Part shown: piece after piece, positions 25,137 to 36,510 of the stretch
How positions within the stretch are numbered: the stretch's first letter is position 1
Layout of the letters: each line of letters starts with the position of its first letter
Assembly: GCA_047495785.1 (NCBI GenBank)
Contig: JBLDXI010000004.1
Location: 2,418,001-2,482,000 of the forward strand
Length of the DNA: 64,000 nucleotides
Reading direction: 5' to 3'
From: Lepidodermella squamata
Taxonomy: Eukaryota > Animalia > Gastrotricha
Program-made: the position numbers and the translations under genes
The notes under the pieces: generated by a model
What the model saw: only the letters and a program-made list of their open reading frames with translations
Told to the model about the DNA's origin: nothing
Databases searched by the model: none

Positions 25137-28002
25137 TACGCTGCGTACGCTACTACAATGGAATCCGTGCGGCCTCCCCGGCAAGGAAGCTGAAACTTGT
25201 CAACAGCTAGAGACTTATAAACCCTTTGCTCTTTTCATAAGTGAATCCTTTCTTTTCTCTCTTTTGCGTGTAACCTCTAGGGATTATGCAATTTTTCGTT
25301 GTGATCGGGTACAGGACTCCGAGGATCTGTTGCTCAACGGCGCTCGTGGCGGCGCTGCTCTGTTTGTTCGGGAGGGCGCTCTCGTGGTCGCCGAGCGGCG
25401 GCTGGCTCTGACTGGTCGCAAGCTTAGTGAGTGGCTCGCTTTGGATGCTGTCCCTTTCGCTGGCTCGTCTGTTGTTCGTCTTCTTACCGGCTACTGTCCG
25501 CCGACGTCGTCCTTGGATCTCAGCTTCTTGGAAACCGAGTTCGCTGGGGCCTCCGCCTCCGGCCTCCCCTGTATCTTTAGCGGGGATCTCAATGGCAAGT
25601 CTCCACTGTGGGGTTCACAGTCCCACGATTTATGGAACCCTCACGGCTATTCCGTCCATCATTTCGTCACCCGTCTCGGTCTGACTGTTCTCTCCTCGCC
25701 TCCCACGCACCTGTCGAAAGCTCACAAGACCCTGTCTACGCTCGATATCTGGATTGTCAACGACGCGGCGCTTCGCCTTCTCGATGGTGGCGTGTCTGTT
25801 GGCGACCGACTTAGCAGCGATCACTTCTGCACGTCTGTCAGGGTTCGTCTTCCGTCCGGCTCTGGCCCTGCTCACGTCTACGAACTCGTGGACCCTGCTC
25901 CTCGCTACGACATCTCCAGAGCCGATCGTTTTGGATTCTCTCGTACCCTGATCCGGCTGCTGTCCGAAATCCCGCTGCCTAATGTCGGCGGCCCAGTGAT
26001 TCGGATCGACTCGTATCGGCGCCAGGTTGGTGCGGCAATCGCCGAATCTCGCCGTGTTCACGTCCCTCTGCTCGACCGCACTCAGCTGAGGAAAGTTTCA
26101 ATGACCCGCGACATGCGTAGCCTGCTCGAAAGAAAGAGGATTCTTGAACGTGGGCTCGGCAATCGAGTTGATGCCGGGCTTGTCGATAGGATCAACGCCT
26201 TGGACGCCCAGTTCCGCGCTGCGAAAGCGGCTCAGCAATTGCGGCGGGATATCTCCAACCTGCGATATGTTGAAGCTCTGTCGTTCCAGCACCGCTACCG
26301 AGAGGCTTATGCCCGCCTCCGTCGTCTCGATAAGTTTCGCCCTACCCCTGTTGATCGCCTGACCTACATGAAGCTCGATGATGGCAGTGTCCTGCCGCCT
26401 TCTACTGCCCTTGCTGATACACTGCTTGATCATTTCGTCAAACCGATGTCGCCCTACGTCGACCCCGATGCGGACGCTGCCACTCGCCAGTGGTGGCAAC
26501 AAGTCGAGGACGATGTCGTTGCAGATCCTGCCCTTCGTGCTTCCGATGTGATCCGCTTGCCCGCTCTCGGCGAGTTTTCTGTCAGTCAACGGATGCTCGC
26601 TGATGCTGTTAGCCGTTTAAAGTCCTTCAAGGCCCCTGGCTTGGATGGTATTCAAAACATCTACCTGAAGTGGGGTGGCCCTGTCCTGCAAACCCACCTT
26701 CGTCGGCTGTTCAACATGTCTCTTGGCAGTCGCTACGTGCCTCAAGCGTGGAAAGAAGCGGTTGTTGTGCCTATCCCAAAGGCCGGCAAGCCGCAGAACC
26801 ATGTCTCGTCACAGCGTCCCATCTCCTTGCTGCCGACTGACGCCAAGCTCATGGAGTCGATCGTGGCTCGGTGGATGACCCAGTTTCTCGAAAGTCAACA
26901 CCTTCTCCCTGAGAATCAGTTTGCATTCCGTCCGCACCATTCCGCGCCAGATGTCCCACTTCGCATCGTTCATCGCGTCCACGTCAACCGCTCCCTGCGC
27001 AGGAAGACTGTCGTGGCCGGCTTGGATGTTCAGGCGGCCTACGATTCCGTGTGGCACGCCGGGCTGATCCATAAGCTGGCCCAGCTGCCTCTCCCGCGAA
27101 ATTTGGTCGGCTGGCTGGCCGACTATCTTCGCGACCGTCGTCTGCAAGCTCGCGTGGCGGGCTCGCTGAGTCGTCAAGTCGTCGTCAATTGCGGGGTGCC
27201 GCAGGGTTCCCCGTTGTCGCCGCTTCTCTACATTCTGTACACCGCCGATTTGCTGTCCGCCCCAAGCGTGGATGGCACGTTGCTGCAGGCCTACGCGGAC
27301 GATCTAACTGTCGTCGGCGAGGGTGGCACGTTCCCTGCTGCTCAGCGTCGCCTCCAATTGGAGCTCACTCGTATTTCCGACTGGGCCAAGAAATGGCGCC
27401 AGAAGTTCAATCCCGCGAAGAGCGAAGTTATGCCATTTGGTAACGCGTCCGTTGATGTTAGGCTCAACGGCGCCGTAATTCCGCAAGTCGAGTCGTTACG
27501 AGTTCTTGGTGTTCACTTGGACCCTAAACTGACGTGGAAAGTTCATGTGGACAAGGTCTCTGACCGTTGCCGCAGAAATCTGGGTTTTTTCAAACATCTC
27601 ATGTTCACCCCTGGGCTGTCGCGCCGCTGGCGCCGCACCCTTTACTTGACTCTGGTCCGTTCGTGCTGGTCTTATGGAACCATTTGTCTGGCTACCGCCT
27701 CGAAGCAACAGCTTACTCGTCTCGCAGTCATCCAAAATGATAGCCTGCGTGCAATGCTCCACATTCGTCGGGACGACAGGGTCCGTGTGTCGGAGTTGGA
27801 ATCTCGTTGCCGCATCCCGAGTGTCCCTCGGTTTCTGGAACAGTGCCAGCGCCGTTATGTCGCCAAAGCCGCTCAGTTTGTCCTGCCGCTGCGCGAGGAC
27901 CTCGAGAGCGTCCGCCTGATGGCCCGCCCCCCTCCGCGCTCGCCCTTCGTGCTGTTGAGCAACAGACTTCCTCGTGGTCCTCTGCCCGACTTCATAGGCT
28001 AG
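25129..28002 (+). CDS. LINE ORF2, AP-endonuclease + reverse transcriptase
   Basis: Endonuclease motifs QWN, SE, GDLN, TLD and SDH. RT motifs APGLDG, RPISLL, QFAFR, GVPQGSPLSP and YADD. The ATG overlaps the end of ORF1 by 8 nt. Confidence 0.9.
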   Translation: MANTLRTLLQWNPCGLPGKEAETCQQLETYKPFALFISESFLFSLLRVTSRDYAIFRCDRVQDSEDLLLNGARGGAALFVREGALVVAERRLALTGRKLSEWLALDAVPFAGSSVVRLLTGYCPPTSSLDLSFLETEFAGASASGLPCIFSGDLNGKSPLWGSQSHDLWNPHGYSVHHFVTRLGLTVLSSPPTHLSKAHKTLSTLDIWIVNDAALRLLDGGVSVGDRLSSDHFCTSVRVRLPSGSGPAHVYELVDPAPRYDISRADRFGFSRTLIRLLSEIPLPNVGGPVIRIDSYRRQVGAAIAESRRVHVPLLDRTQLRKVSMTRDMRSLLERKRILERGLGNRVDAGLVDRINALDAQFRAAKAAQQLRRDISNLRYVEALSFQHRYREAYARLRRLDKFRPTPVDRLTYMKLDDGSVLPPSTALADTLLDHFVKPMSPYVDPDADAATRQWWQQVEDDVVADPALRASDVIRLPALGEFSVSQRMLADAVSRLKSFKAPGLDGIQNIYLKWGGPVLQTHLRRLFNMSLGSRYVPQAWKEAVVVPIPKAGKPQNHVSSQRPISLLPTDAKLMESIVARWMTQFLESQHLLPENQFAFRPHHSAPDVPLRIVHRVHVNRSLRRKTVVAGLDVQAAYDSVWHAGLIHKLAQLPLPRNLVGWLADYLRDRRLQARVAGSLSRQVVVNCGVPQGSPLSPLLYILYTADLLSAPSVDGTLLQAYADDLTVVGEGGTFPAAQRRLQLELTRISDWAKKWRQKFNPAKSEVMPFGNASVDVRLNGAVIPQVESLRVLGVHLDPKLTWKVHVDKVSDRCRRNLGFFKHLMFTPGLSRRWRRTLYLTLVRSCWSYGTICLATASKQQLTRLAVIQNDSLRAMLHIRRDDRVRVSELESRCRIPSVPRFLEQCQRRYVAKAAQFVLPLREDLESVRLMARPPPRSPFVLLSNRLPRGPLPDFIG

Positions 28003-31000
28003 GCTGTTATTCTCTTTTCTCCCATCTTCTCTCCTATATCTTCCCTCTTTTTTCTTCACCTCTTATTTCATGTTGTTTTTCTTTCCTCTACAGGCTGCCT
28101 TGCTTTTTTATAAAATTCCTCCGTTAGCTACCGTTGTCTCCGCCTTATTTTCTCCTTTTTACTCTTACCGCAATTCTCTGTAATGTGTGTCTCTCTGCTG
28201 TCGATAACTACCCTGCAACTGATAAAACCCTCGCCATCTCCCTCTCCGTCTCTTACGTGCCCCATCAATATGATGAGCATGGATACATCTTACTAGCACG
28301 CGCCTCTTGTTCCATAGTATTATTAGAGAGTTATTTTGTGTGTTTTGTTATTTGGAAAGAGGACAACAATAAAGATTTTTATGTTTTATGTTTATGGGTG
28401 CTTTTAAGTCCTCAAATGATCAACCCGTGGCTATCGTTGATTTTCTGCGCTCGCTATGTTTATTTTTCAATCTAGTAACGCGGAACATGGAGGTGCGTGG
28501 TGGAAACACGTTAAAATGGGTTGAAATGAGGCAGAGGCGATTTGGGAAGATTTAAGCTCGGTGGTGGGAAGAAAAACACTTTTTGCAGCCCTGTGCAATG
28601 GAGTCAAGCCATCTTCATCAGAGGCATCAACTTCAGTATGAAATTCTTCGCCTAGAAGTTTCATGAATTCAACTCGCCAAATCTCAGCAGTGATGGGATA
28701 ATAAGTTTGAGATGCCGACGTGGCAGTAACATCAGCGTGAAATTCTCCGGCTAGAATTCTCACGATCTCTGAGTGTCCTTCCCGAGCGGCGTAATGCATG
28801 GGGGTCTCGCCTTCTTTATCAGTAGCATGAACTTCAGCATCGCATTCTCCGGCTAAAATCTGAACGATTTCCGCGTGTCCCCGCATAGCAGCGTAATGCA
28901 ATGGAGTACAGCCAAATCTGCTAGAGGCATTTACGTCGGCATGAAAGTCGTCGGCTAGAATTCTGACGATTTCAGCGTGGTTATTTCTAGCAGCGTAATG
29001 CAAGGAAGTCAAGCTATCTTTATCTGATGCTTTAACGTCAGCATGAAATTCCCCGACTAAAATTTTGACGATTTCCGCGTGTCCATTTCGAGCAGCATAA
29101 TGCAATGCCTTTTTCGCGAGTGTCAGCAACGTCGGCAGACGTATCTCCGTCACGGAATTTAATGCGTTTCGCTTCTTTATCATTGGCATTAACATCAGCA
29201 CCGAATTCGCCAGCTAGAATCTTCACGATTGCTGTATGCCCATTCAGAGTAGCGTAATGCAATGGAATACAGCCGGTTCTGCTAGAGGCATCAACGTCAG
29301 CATGAAATTCTCCGACTAAAATTTTGACGATTTCCGCGTGTCCATTTCGAGCTGCATAATGCAATTGAGTCTCGCCTTTTTCGCCAGTTGCAGAAACGTC
29401 AGCATCGAATTCTTCGACTAGAATCTTCAATATGTGCCTCCCGGGCAGCGATTTGCAACGGCGTATCGCCATCTTTCGATTCCGCGTGAGCATTTGCGTT
29501 TAATTCTTTTACAAGTATAATCACCATGTCCTTGTGACCTCTCAGCACGGCGAGATGCAAGGGTGTATAACCCGATGACATTTTAGTGTTCACAGACTGG
29601 CCCGCATCCGAGGCTAGAATTCTCACAACTTCAACGTGACCTTCCATTGCTGCGACGTGTAATAATGTCATGCCTTGCTCATTCACTATGTCGGTGTTAG
29701 CACCCATTTCTGTCGCCAATGATTTTACAATCCTACCGTAGCCGTTCTCCACTGCCGTCCATATTGGCGACTTGCCATTCCCTGCTTTTGTTTCAATAGT
29801 TTCACTTGCTAAGTTTCCGAGACATCTTACAGCTTTAGCCCGGCCACAATCAGCAGCGACATAGATAGGAGTTCTACCCAGCAAGTCCATGTATAGTGGA
29901 TCAGCATTGAACTTCGTCACCAGAAGATCAATGATGTCATCGTGACCCTCTTGAGCAGCAATGAACAACGGGGTAAAGCCTTCTTCACTTTTGAAGTTCA
30001 CGTCCAAGTTCAAGGTTGAGTTCGATAACAGCGATTCGATTTCTTCTGTCTTATGTTGCCTGATAAGTCTAAACATAAGCTAAAAAGAGGTAACTAATTA
30101 TACTTTTGTTTTTGAACGCGCTCACCCTTTTCGCAGCATTTCCATCGATTATCTCAGAAATGTCTTCCCCATCATTGTCTATAGTAGTTTGCTGGGAAAA
30201 TGGATCAATTGTCGAACTGAGCAATGCATGAGGGCGGAGACGCCTTGAACTATCCTTTTCACGGATAATTGCCATAATGACGCTGCGAAATGCGGGCGAA
30301 TATTTGCGTGAAGCGTCAAAAATTTTCGGGGGGTTTCTAAATAATCAATCGGCTTTATTTTTCCTAAAAGTTGGCTGATCGCCGAGACTTACGCTGTGAT
30401 ACCCATTATGGAATCGAACTATACGGAGTGGTCTGGTAAAATCAAGTGTTTGGTTCTAGGCTCAAATACTAACCGGCAGGTAGAAATTAGCCAGCTCGAA
30501 TAAAGTGACACCCACAGCCCACCAATCGCTCTCGTGTGAGTGCTCTTTCCTGTTGAACAATTCCGGCGCCATGTAATGCATGGTTCCAAGCCTGAAGTTG
30601 TACGCCGTTTGCTGGATACTGATTGAAGAGCTGCGAGGCGTGAATAACATTCATGAGTGATTCAAATCACTGATAGCTCTAGTTTTACTTGTCATAAATT
30701 TTCGCCAAGCCAAGATCCCCTAGTTTCACTTGACCGTTGTGCAAAAAGATGTTTTTAGGCTTTATGTCGCGATGGAGTGCTCGATTGTCATGCAGGGTAG
30801 CGACCGCTGAAGCAAGTTGTCGCGACCACTCTAATAGCACACTTTCAGGGATGGGACCTGTTGCATTTTTCATGTAATTATCCAAGTCTCCGCCAGAGCA
30901 GTATTCCATGACAAGGTAATACATTAGAGAACCTGAATTCCCCGTCTCTGTGATAAAAAATTAGGGGACATTTGTAATTATTACCAGTGATACATTTCGA

Positions 31001-32243
31001 AAGCTACCAGTAAATGCTCCGTAAACAGATACAACATTTGGATGTGACAATTTCACCAATTTCTCGTGCTAAAATTGCGGATTATTAATAGGATGGAGTG
31101 CGAAGTTATAAACATGTTAACCTCTTTCTCACTCAGTTTCACTAGCTTATCGGCGAACTTGGGTTCCACCGGGTAAGCATCGCGAATTCGAGTGAGGTTG
31201 ACTTCCTTTACAGCGTAAGGCGCAACATCGTTTCTCCGGCGGCATAGCGTCGTTGAGCCGAAGAAACCGCTTCCTAATGACTTCTCAATGATGAACTCAT
31301 GTATGGAATAAAACTTATCATCCCCGCCAACAGCCATTGTTAAGCTGTGCTATTATACTAAGTGAAAGTAAAACCACAGATATGAAATTTCCAATGTTCA
31401 CTGCCTTAAATGTATTTTTTTCATTGGCTGATAAGATAAAATGGGTGTCGCTAGCATATTGCTTGGCTCCTGTTCCCTGTTTATCTCGTCATTGATAAGA
31501 CGTCGCGAAAGCATGGAAGGAAAATGAAACCGATCGCTTCCTCAGGCTATTTCCTCCTATGCCCAAGCCTATCCATGTTGAGCTAACAAACTCTATACAA
31601 ATTGATCTGGAAAAAAATTGTATAGGAGACATATTTAAATTGAATTTTACCCATCTTTCTGGCCGAGCCAGACCGGCCAAGAAAATAAAAATTCGTCTGT
31701 TTCGTCAATTTTGAGAAACGGACCGGCCGAACACGACTCGCGACAACGGGAGTTCCCCGTCGTTAAACTTCAAATTTCATCGCTTCGTTCGTTATCTTTG
31801 ATTGAAAACAGCAGTCATTTTGGCAAGCACAGCAAACACGTTTTTCATCGCAGCCTGAGTCCAGGGAGGAAGAGTGAAAAGAAAGAATTGAACCAAGAAC
31901 CAAGCCAGAGCGGTATTTTCCACGAGTATATTCCACTCTAATGGATTCATCCTCGGAGGGCTGCGGTTAAATGAAAATAATGGCGAATCCGATTAAACCT
32001 GAAAACCTGACTAAACCAATTTCTCCGATATTAATTCGTATTATTTTAACATATTTCCCTAATCCTAACTTATTCATAAAAATTGTTGATTCAGCCGTTA
32101 ACAATTCCGCCTTGTCTTTTGTCCTGCCGCCAATTAGATCAATAGCCTGGGCGATGGCTCTTCGAGTATATCCCATCAGCTTAGCTCATTCATTTCTTTT
32201 CAAACTTGAATAACACTTTGAATTATCTCTCCAAGTCAATGTC

Positions 32244-32432
32244 ATGGCAAAGCTTCTTCTACTGATCGCTATGATGGTATGAGTTATACGCATTCATTTC
32301 ATCTCATTCAATTTCTGTATTTCTGCAATTCTTTTGCAATAGGCTGCTGCTCTCGTTGCTGTCGCGGTGGCCGCCCCGGGCAAGCAGGTTAATATGGCCG
32401 ACTTTAACAATGTTCTTTTCGGAGGCGGCTAA
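32244..32432 (+). CDS. Small secreted peptide precursor (40 aa, two exons)
   Basis: Exons 32244-32276 and 32343-32432 (GTATGAG…TAG intron) give MAKLLLLIAMMAAALVAVAVA-APGKQVNMADFNNVLFGGG*. Confidence 0.5.
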
Positions 32433-33214
32433 CATTATGGATGGATCGCCCTGCTAAGTTGCGGGAGGAGAGAGCGGATTTTTTGGACATTTGAAACATA
32501 TTATTGAATATTTCCGCCATTGCTGTTAGCTGCTTTTTGAGTGATAGGCATTATACTCCAGGAAAGAAGTTAATAAAAAGTTTGAAGGCATCATAAAATT
32601 CACGTTTTGATAGCGTTAACCTTATAGCTGAAAAGTAAGCGAGTGGCGAGGAGCGAGAGAGCATCTGAAGCAAGCTGCCTACCAAGCGCTTCAGCTTCTT
32701 TTTGATATAGCATAATAATCGATAATGTCGAGGTCATATTTACCACAATTCAGTCGAAGAGTAACAAACAAAAGGATCAAATTTCCGAATTAGTAGCTTT
32801 TGTATATCAGATTGAACGAAACTGATGATTTCTGACCTGTTTTGCTTGAATTTCTTGGAAACCGAGAGTTTTGGGCCTAGTTTTAGGTGTCTACTTGTTG
32901 CAAATTTATGAAATATATATATTTTTTTCCTTGTAAGTTAAGATATCAAAAATTCGATGCGAAAATATGCCAAATGATGTTGCAAAACAAAAAACTAGGT
33001 CATTTCTTATTTCTCGTTTTTCATTAGGAATTGTTATAGCTTTTTTCCCTTTCCCCTCCCTACTGACGTAGCCTCTACGTGAATTTGTCTAACCAGCCGC
33101 TATTTCTCACGTATTTTTGCGCTAACATTTTCACGCCGTATCATTGATCTTTTCAATTGTTTGACTAGTGATTAGCAGCTCGGATGGGTGCTTTTCGAGT
33201 AAGCTTTTGAGCTC

Positions 33215-33360
33215 AGTCATTTTGTTTTAATCTTGAATAACACATTGAATTACTTCTCAGTGATCGAATTGTCACGACAGAGCTCGGTTTAGCTATCACT
33301 ATGATTGAAGGTTCCATTCTCGTCGAGTTCTTGTTTGCCCTTTCCTCTGTATTTCTCAAA
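33215..33360 (+). pseudogene. Degenerate duplicate of the 5' part of the small peptide gene
   Basis: Aligns with about 32185-32330 (CTTGAATAACAC.TTGAATTA…GTCACGACAGAGCT…ATCACTATGAT). The start ATG has become ACG. Confidence 0.4.
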
Positions 33361-33538
33361 TGGCTTTGAGCTTTAATAGAATACATTCAATATTGGGCTT
33401 TGTTTGTGAGACCCCTTCTTTGCTATCGAAAACTAGTCGAAACACGGTGTTAACAACATTATTTTCCGTCTTTAATCGATAAATTTTCGAATCAGGCATA
33501 AAGCACCATGGCGATATCAAATACTAAGGGTTCGATTA

Positions 33539-35350
33539 TCAACCAATCATAGAAATCGCGCCCAGAAAATCGCTATCGTAATCAAGTAACAGATCCACGG
33601 AGTTGACGCACCCTGAAAGAGCCGCGGAATGAAGAGCAGTACGGCCGTTGTTTGACTTAGCGTGGATGTTAGAACCGAACTGTTCGACGAGAAGCTTTAC
33701 GATTTCAGCGTGATCACTCTCTGCGGCGAAATGCAGAGGATTCCAGCCATCCTTATTAGGCACGTTAACGTCAGCCTTGAATTCCTCCGCTAGAATTCTC
33801 ACAATTTCAGTGCGTCCGTACAGAGCAGCGTAATGCAAAGGAGACCAGCAGTCCTCCTTACTAGAAACGTTAGCATCAACCTTGAATTCTCCGGCTAGGA
33901 TTCTCACGATCTCTGCATGACCGTTTCGAGCAGCAAAATGCAGGGGAGTGAAGTTATCTTGTTCCGGAAGACTAGGATTAGCCTTAAATTCCCTTGCTAG
34001 GATTCCGACAATATCCGCATGTCCACTCCACGCAGCATTATGCAAGGGAGTCCAGAAATTGTTCGCATGGGCATTGACATTAGCTCGGAATTCAGCCGCT
34101 AGAATTCTAACAATTTCTGAATGACCTTTCTCGGCGGCGTAATGCAAGGCAGTCTGACCATCTTTTGCTTTGGCGGTAACATCAGCGCGGAATTTACTTG
34201 CTAGAATTCTCACGATAACCTTGTTTCCAACTTCAGCAGCGTAATGCATGGCAGTCCTGCCATCTTGATCGGAGCCATCGACATCACCGTGGAATTCATT
34301 GATTAGTATTTCCAGTATTTCCGCGTGACCTTCGAATGCTGCAAGATGTAACAAAGTCATGCCTTGCTCGTTCACTATTAGCGTGTTGGCTCCCATTTCT
34401 GTCGCTAATAACTTGAAAGTCTTAGCATGGCCGTTTTCCACTGCTGCCCAGATTGGCGTCTTGCCATTTGTTGCCTTCACTTCGATACTTTCTCTTGACA
34501 AGTTTCCGAGACGTTGAACAACTTTAGCCCGGCCACAATCAGCAGCGATGTAGATAGGCGTTCTTCCCAACAAGTCAGTTGATAGCGGATCAGCCTGGAA
34601 CTTAGTCACAAGAAGATCAACAATGTCGTCACGGCCCTCTTGAGCAGCCAGAAACAATGGTGTAACTCCTTCGTCATTCATGCAGTTTACGTCCAGGTTC
34701 AAAGTAGAATCCGATAACAGGGATTCGATTTCGCCCGTCATGTGTTGCCTAATGAGTCGAAACAACAGCTAAAATGAAATTTAAACTATTATATTATTCA
34801 ATATTTGAAAATTTCAAGGACGAACCTTTTTCGCAGTGCTTGGATTTAAATCGCCAACACAGCGAGCACGATCAGAGTCCGTAATTTGCAGCGAATTGCC
34901 GGTGGTTGATTCGTGCAAAGCTTGCGGTCCAACTGGTTTTGTCTCAGGCATAATTTCGATGATGATGATTCGAATTGCGGGCGAGAAGCAGTCTTTGCTA
35001 TCATTATCCTTATTTTATTTGTATCAATCAACGCTCAATCAACAATATTCAATATTCAGCGTGAAATGTTAAAGCGTTTCGGAGTGAGTCGAAAATCAGT
35101 TCCCCGCTAACTCGAATAAACTTACACCCGCTTGGTATCATACACCTGAAGTTGTATAAGGATTGCTTAATAATATTTCAAGGCGTTATTCAACTACTCT
35201 AGCAGGTTCATCGAAGCATATTACTGTGAATAAGTAATTTACCTGTCATTAGTCTGTTTTTCGATCCTAATTCCCTGCGTTTAGCTTGACCACTTTGCGA
35301 GAATATGTTGTTCGGCTTCACATCTCGAAGAATGATGTTCGAAAGGATTC
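33539..35350 (-). CDS. Ankyrin-repeat protein preceded by a heavily decayed kinase remnant
   Basis: Intact ankyrin exon of about 408 aa. Upstream segments read IILRDVKPNNIFSQSGQAKRRELG (cf. LHRDIKPKNIFLHNGQVKLGDLG) and FSPAIRIII…STAKK| (cf. YSPAFRSVI…NAAKR|). The 5' end is uncertain. Confidence 0.7.
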
Positions 35351-36510
35351 CGGAATTTCAGGATTCACCTGCCAGTAAAACTGACTGATCTGAAGGGAAA
35401 CTTACCTTTCCATGCGAATCAGTCGCGTTACAGGCATATTCCTTTGGGTTGCATTGAAATTCTGTGGTATTCATTGCCTTTAGGTGTATTTGAAGTGTGA
35501 AACATACAGAGGCGCCATTTCCACAATTCCATTTCTCTCTTACCAACCTGCTGTAGTTCTGTAAATACATAGGCAATGTTAGGGGGTGACGAACAAAGTC
35601 GCTACGTTGTTCGTTGAGGCAAAACCAAAGTAACTAACTCTAATCATCTCTATAACGAAAAACTCCCAATGTGAGAGCAAATCTGTTCTCCACAGCTGTA
35701 ACTATGATTAGGCTAAGTGGGGCGAAAAAGAAACAGATAAGTCAACTTTTTGTATTATAACAGTACTTTTTAGCTGATAAGATAGAACCGGTAGCCCGGC
35801 CTATCACGGCTTGTTGAGGTCGCTTCGTTCTGTCCATTAGATAAGGCGTTACATAAAGCATGGCAGAATAATCCTGTGGCAAAAGGGTAGATGCTTTTCA
35901 TCGCAACCGTTGCCTCGACAAAAGCAGATATTTGTTTGCTTAGCAGAACGCGACCTCGAGATTAGGATCTCGCGACCCATGCAGACTTTAACCATACAGG
36001 TGAATAAGCGGCATAATGGAAAAATCTTTACAAGGCCATGTTTGTTGATTGCAACTTTCAACTACCGATTGACGAGACGTCAAAATGGGCGACATTTCAA
36101 CTGCTGACTGAAATAAAATAAGCATCCCATCAACCTTTCAAAGATGGTTGTATTGAATGAGTATGGTTTATGATCCGAGTTTCGAATTTCTCGAGATTGA
36201 TGCCTCAAACTGACCTTTATAAACTTCAAGAATGTATATTGTTCATTATCACGTCTGGGCTGGAGCCTCGTATTATCTGCTGGAAAACTCTTTCCTCTCG
36301 CTTAGCCACCAGCTCAATCCATTAACCAAGTATTAAAAATGCCTGCCTGGCCTTTGTTTCGGAAATGTCTAACTTGCGTCAAGCAAAGTGCACACAATTT
36401 TTCGCGTCTTTAATCGGCTAATTTCCGGCCCTTTAATGCTTGGCAACAGAAGGATCTATATCCTGAATAGAAGCCGGATAGAAAGCAACAAAAATGATTC
36501 GCACTAAAAA

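Larger units (their letters stand above)
23508..28396 (+). mobile_element. Full-length two-ORF non-LTR retrotransposon (Jockey/I-group-like)
   Basis: Gag-like ORF1 and APE-RT ORF2. Pyrimidine-rich 3' UTR, AATAAA, then a (TTTATG)n tail. Visibly more GC-rich than the flanks. Confidence 0.9.
22637..28593. mobile_element. Non-autonomous hAT-like element carrying a nested MITE and LINE
   Basis: 18-bp TIRs CAGGGCTGCAAAAAGTGT / ACACTTTTTGCAGCCCTG. Perfect 8-bp TSD TGCAATGG at 22629-22636 and 28594-28601. Confidence 0.85.
22190..31337 (-). pseudogene. NEK-like kinase-ankyrin gene with an intact kinase but a disrupted ankyrin array
   Basis: Kinase exons 31337-30125 carry LGSGFFG, YAVKE, HRDIKPKN, DLG and YMAPE. 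The ankyrin exon from about 30078 has frameshifts near 29430 and 29110. It is split at GLTPLH|CAAM by a hAT insertion and resumes at 22636-22190. Confidence 0.8.
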
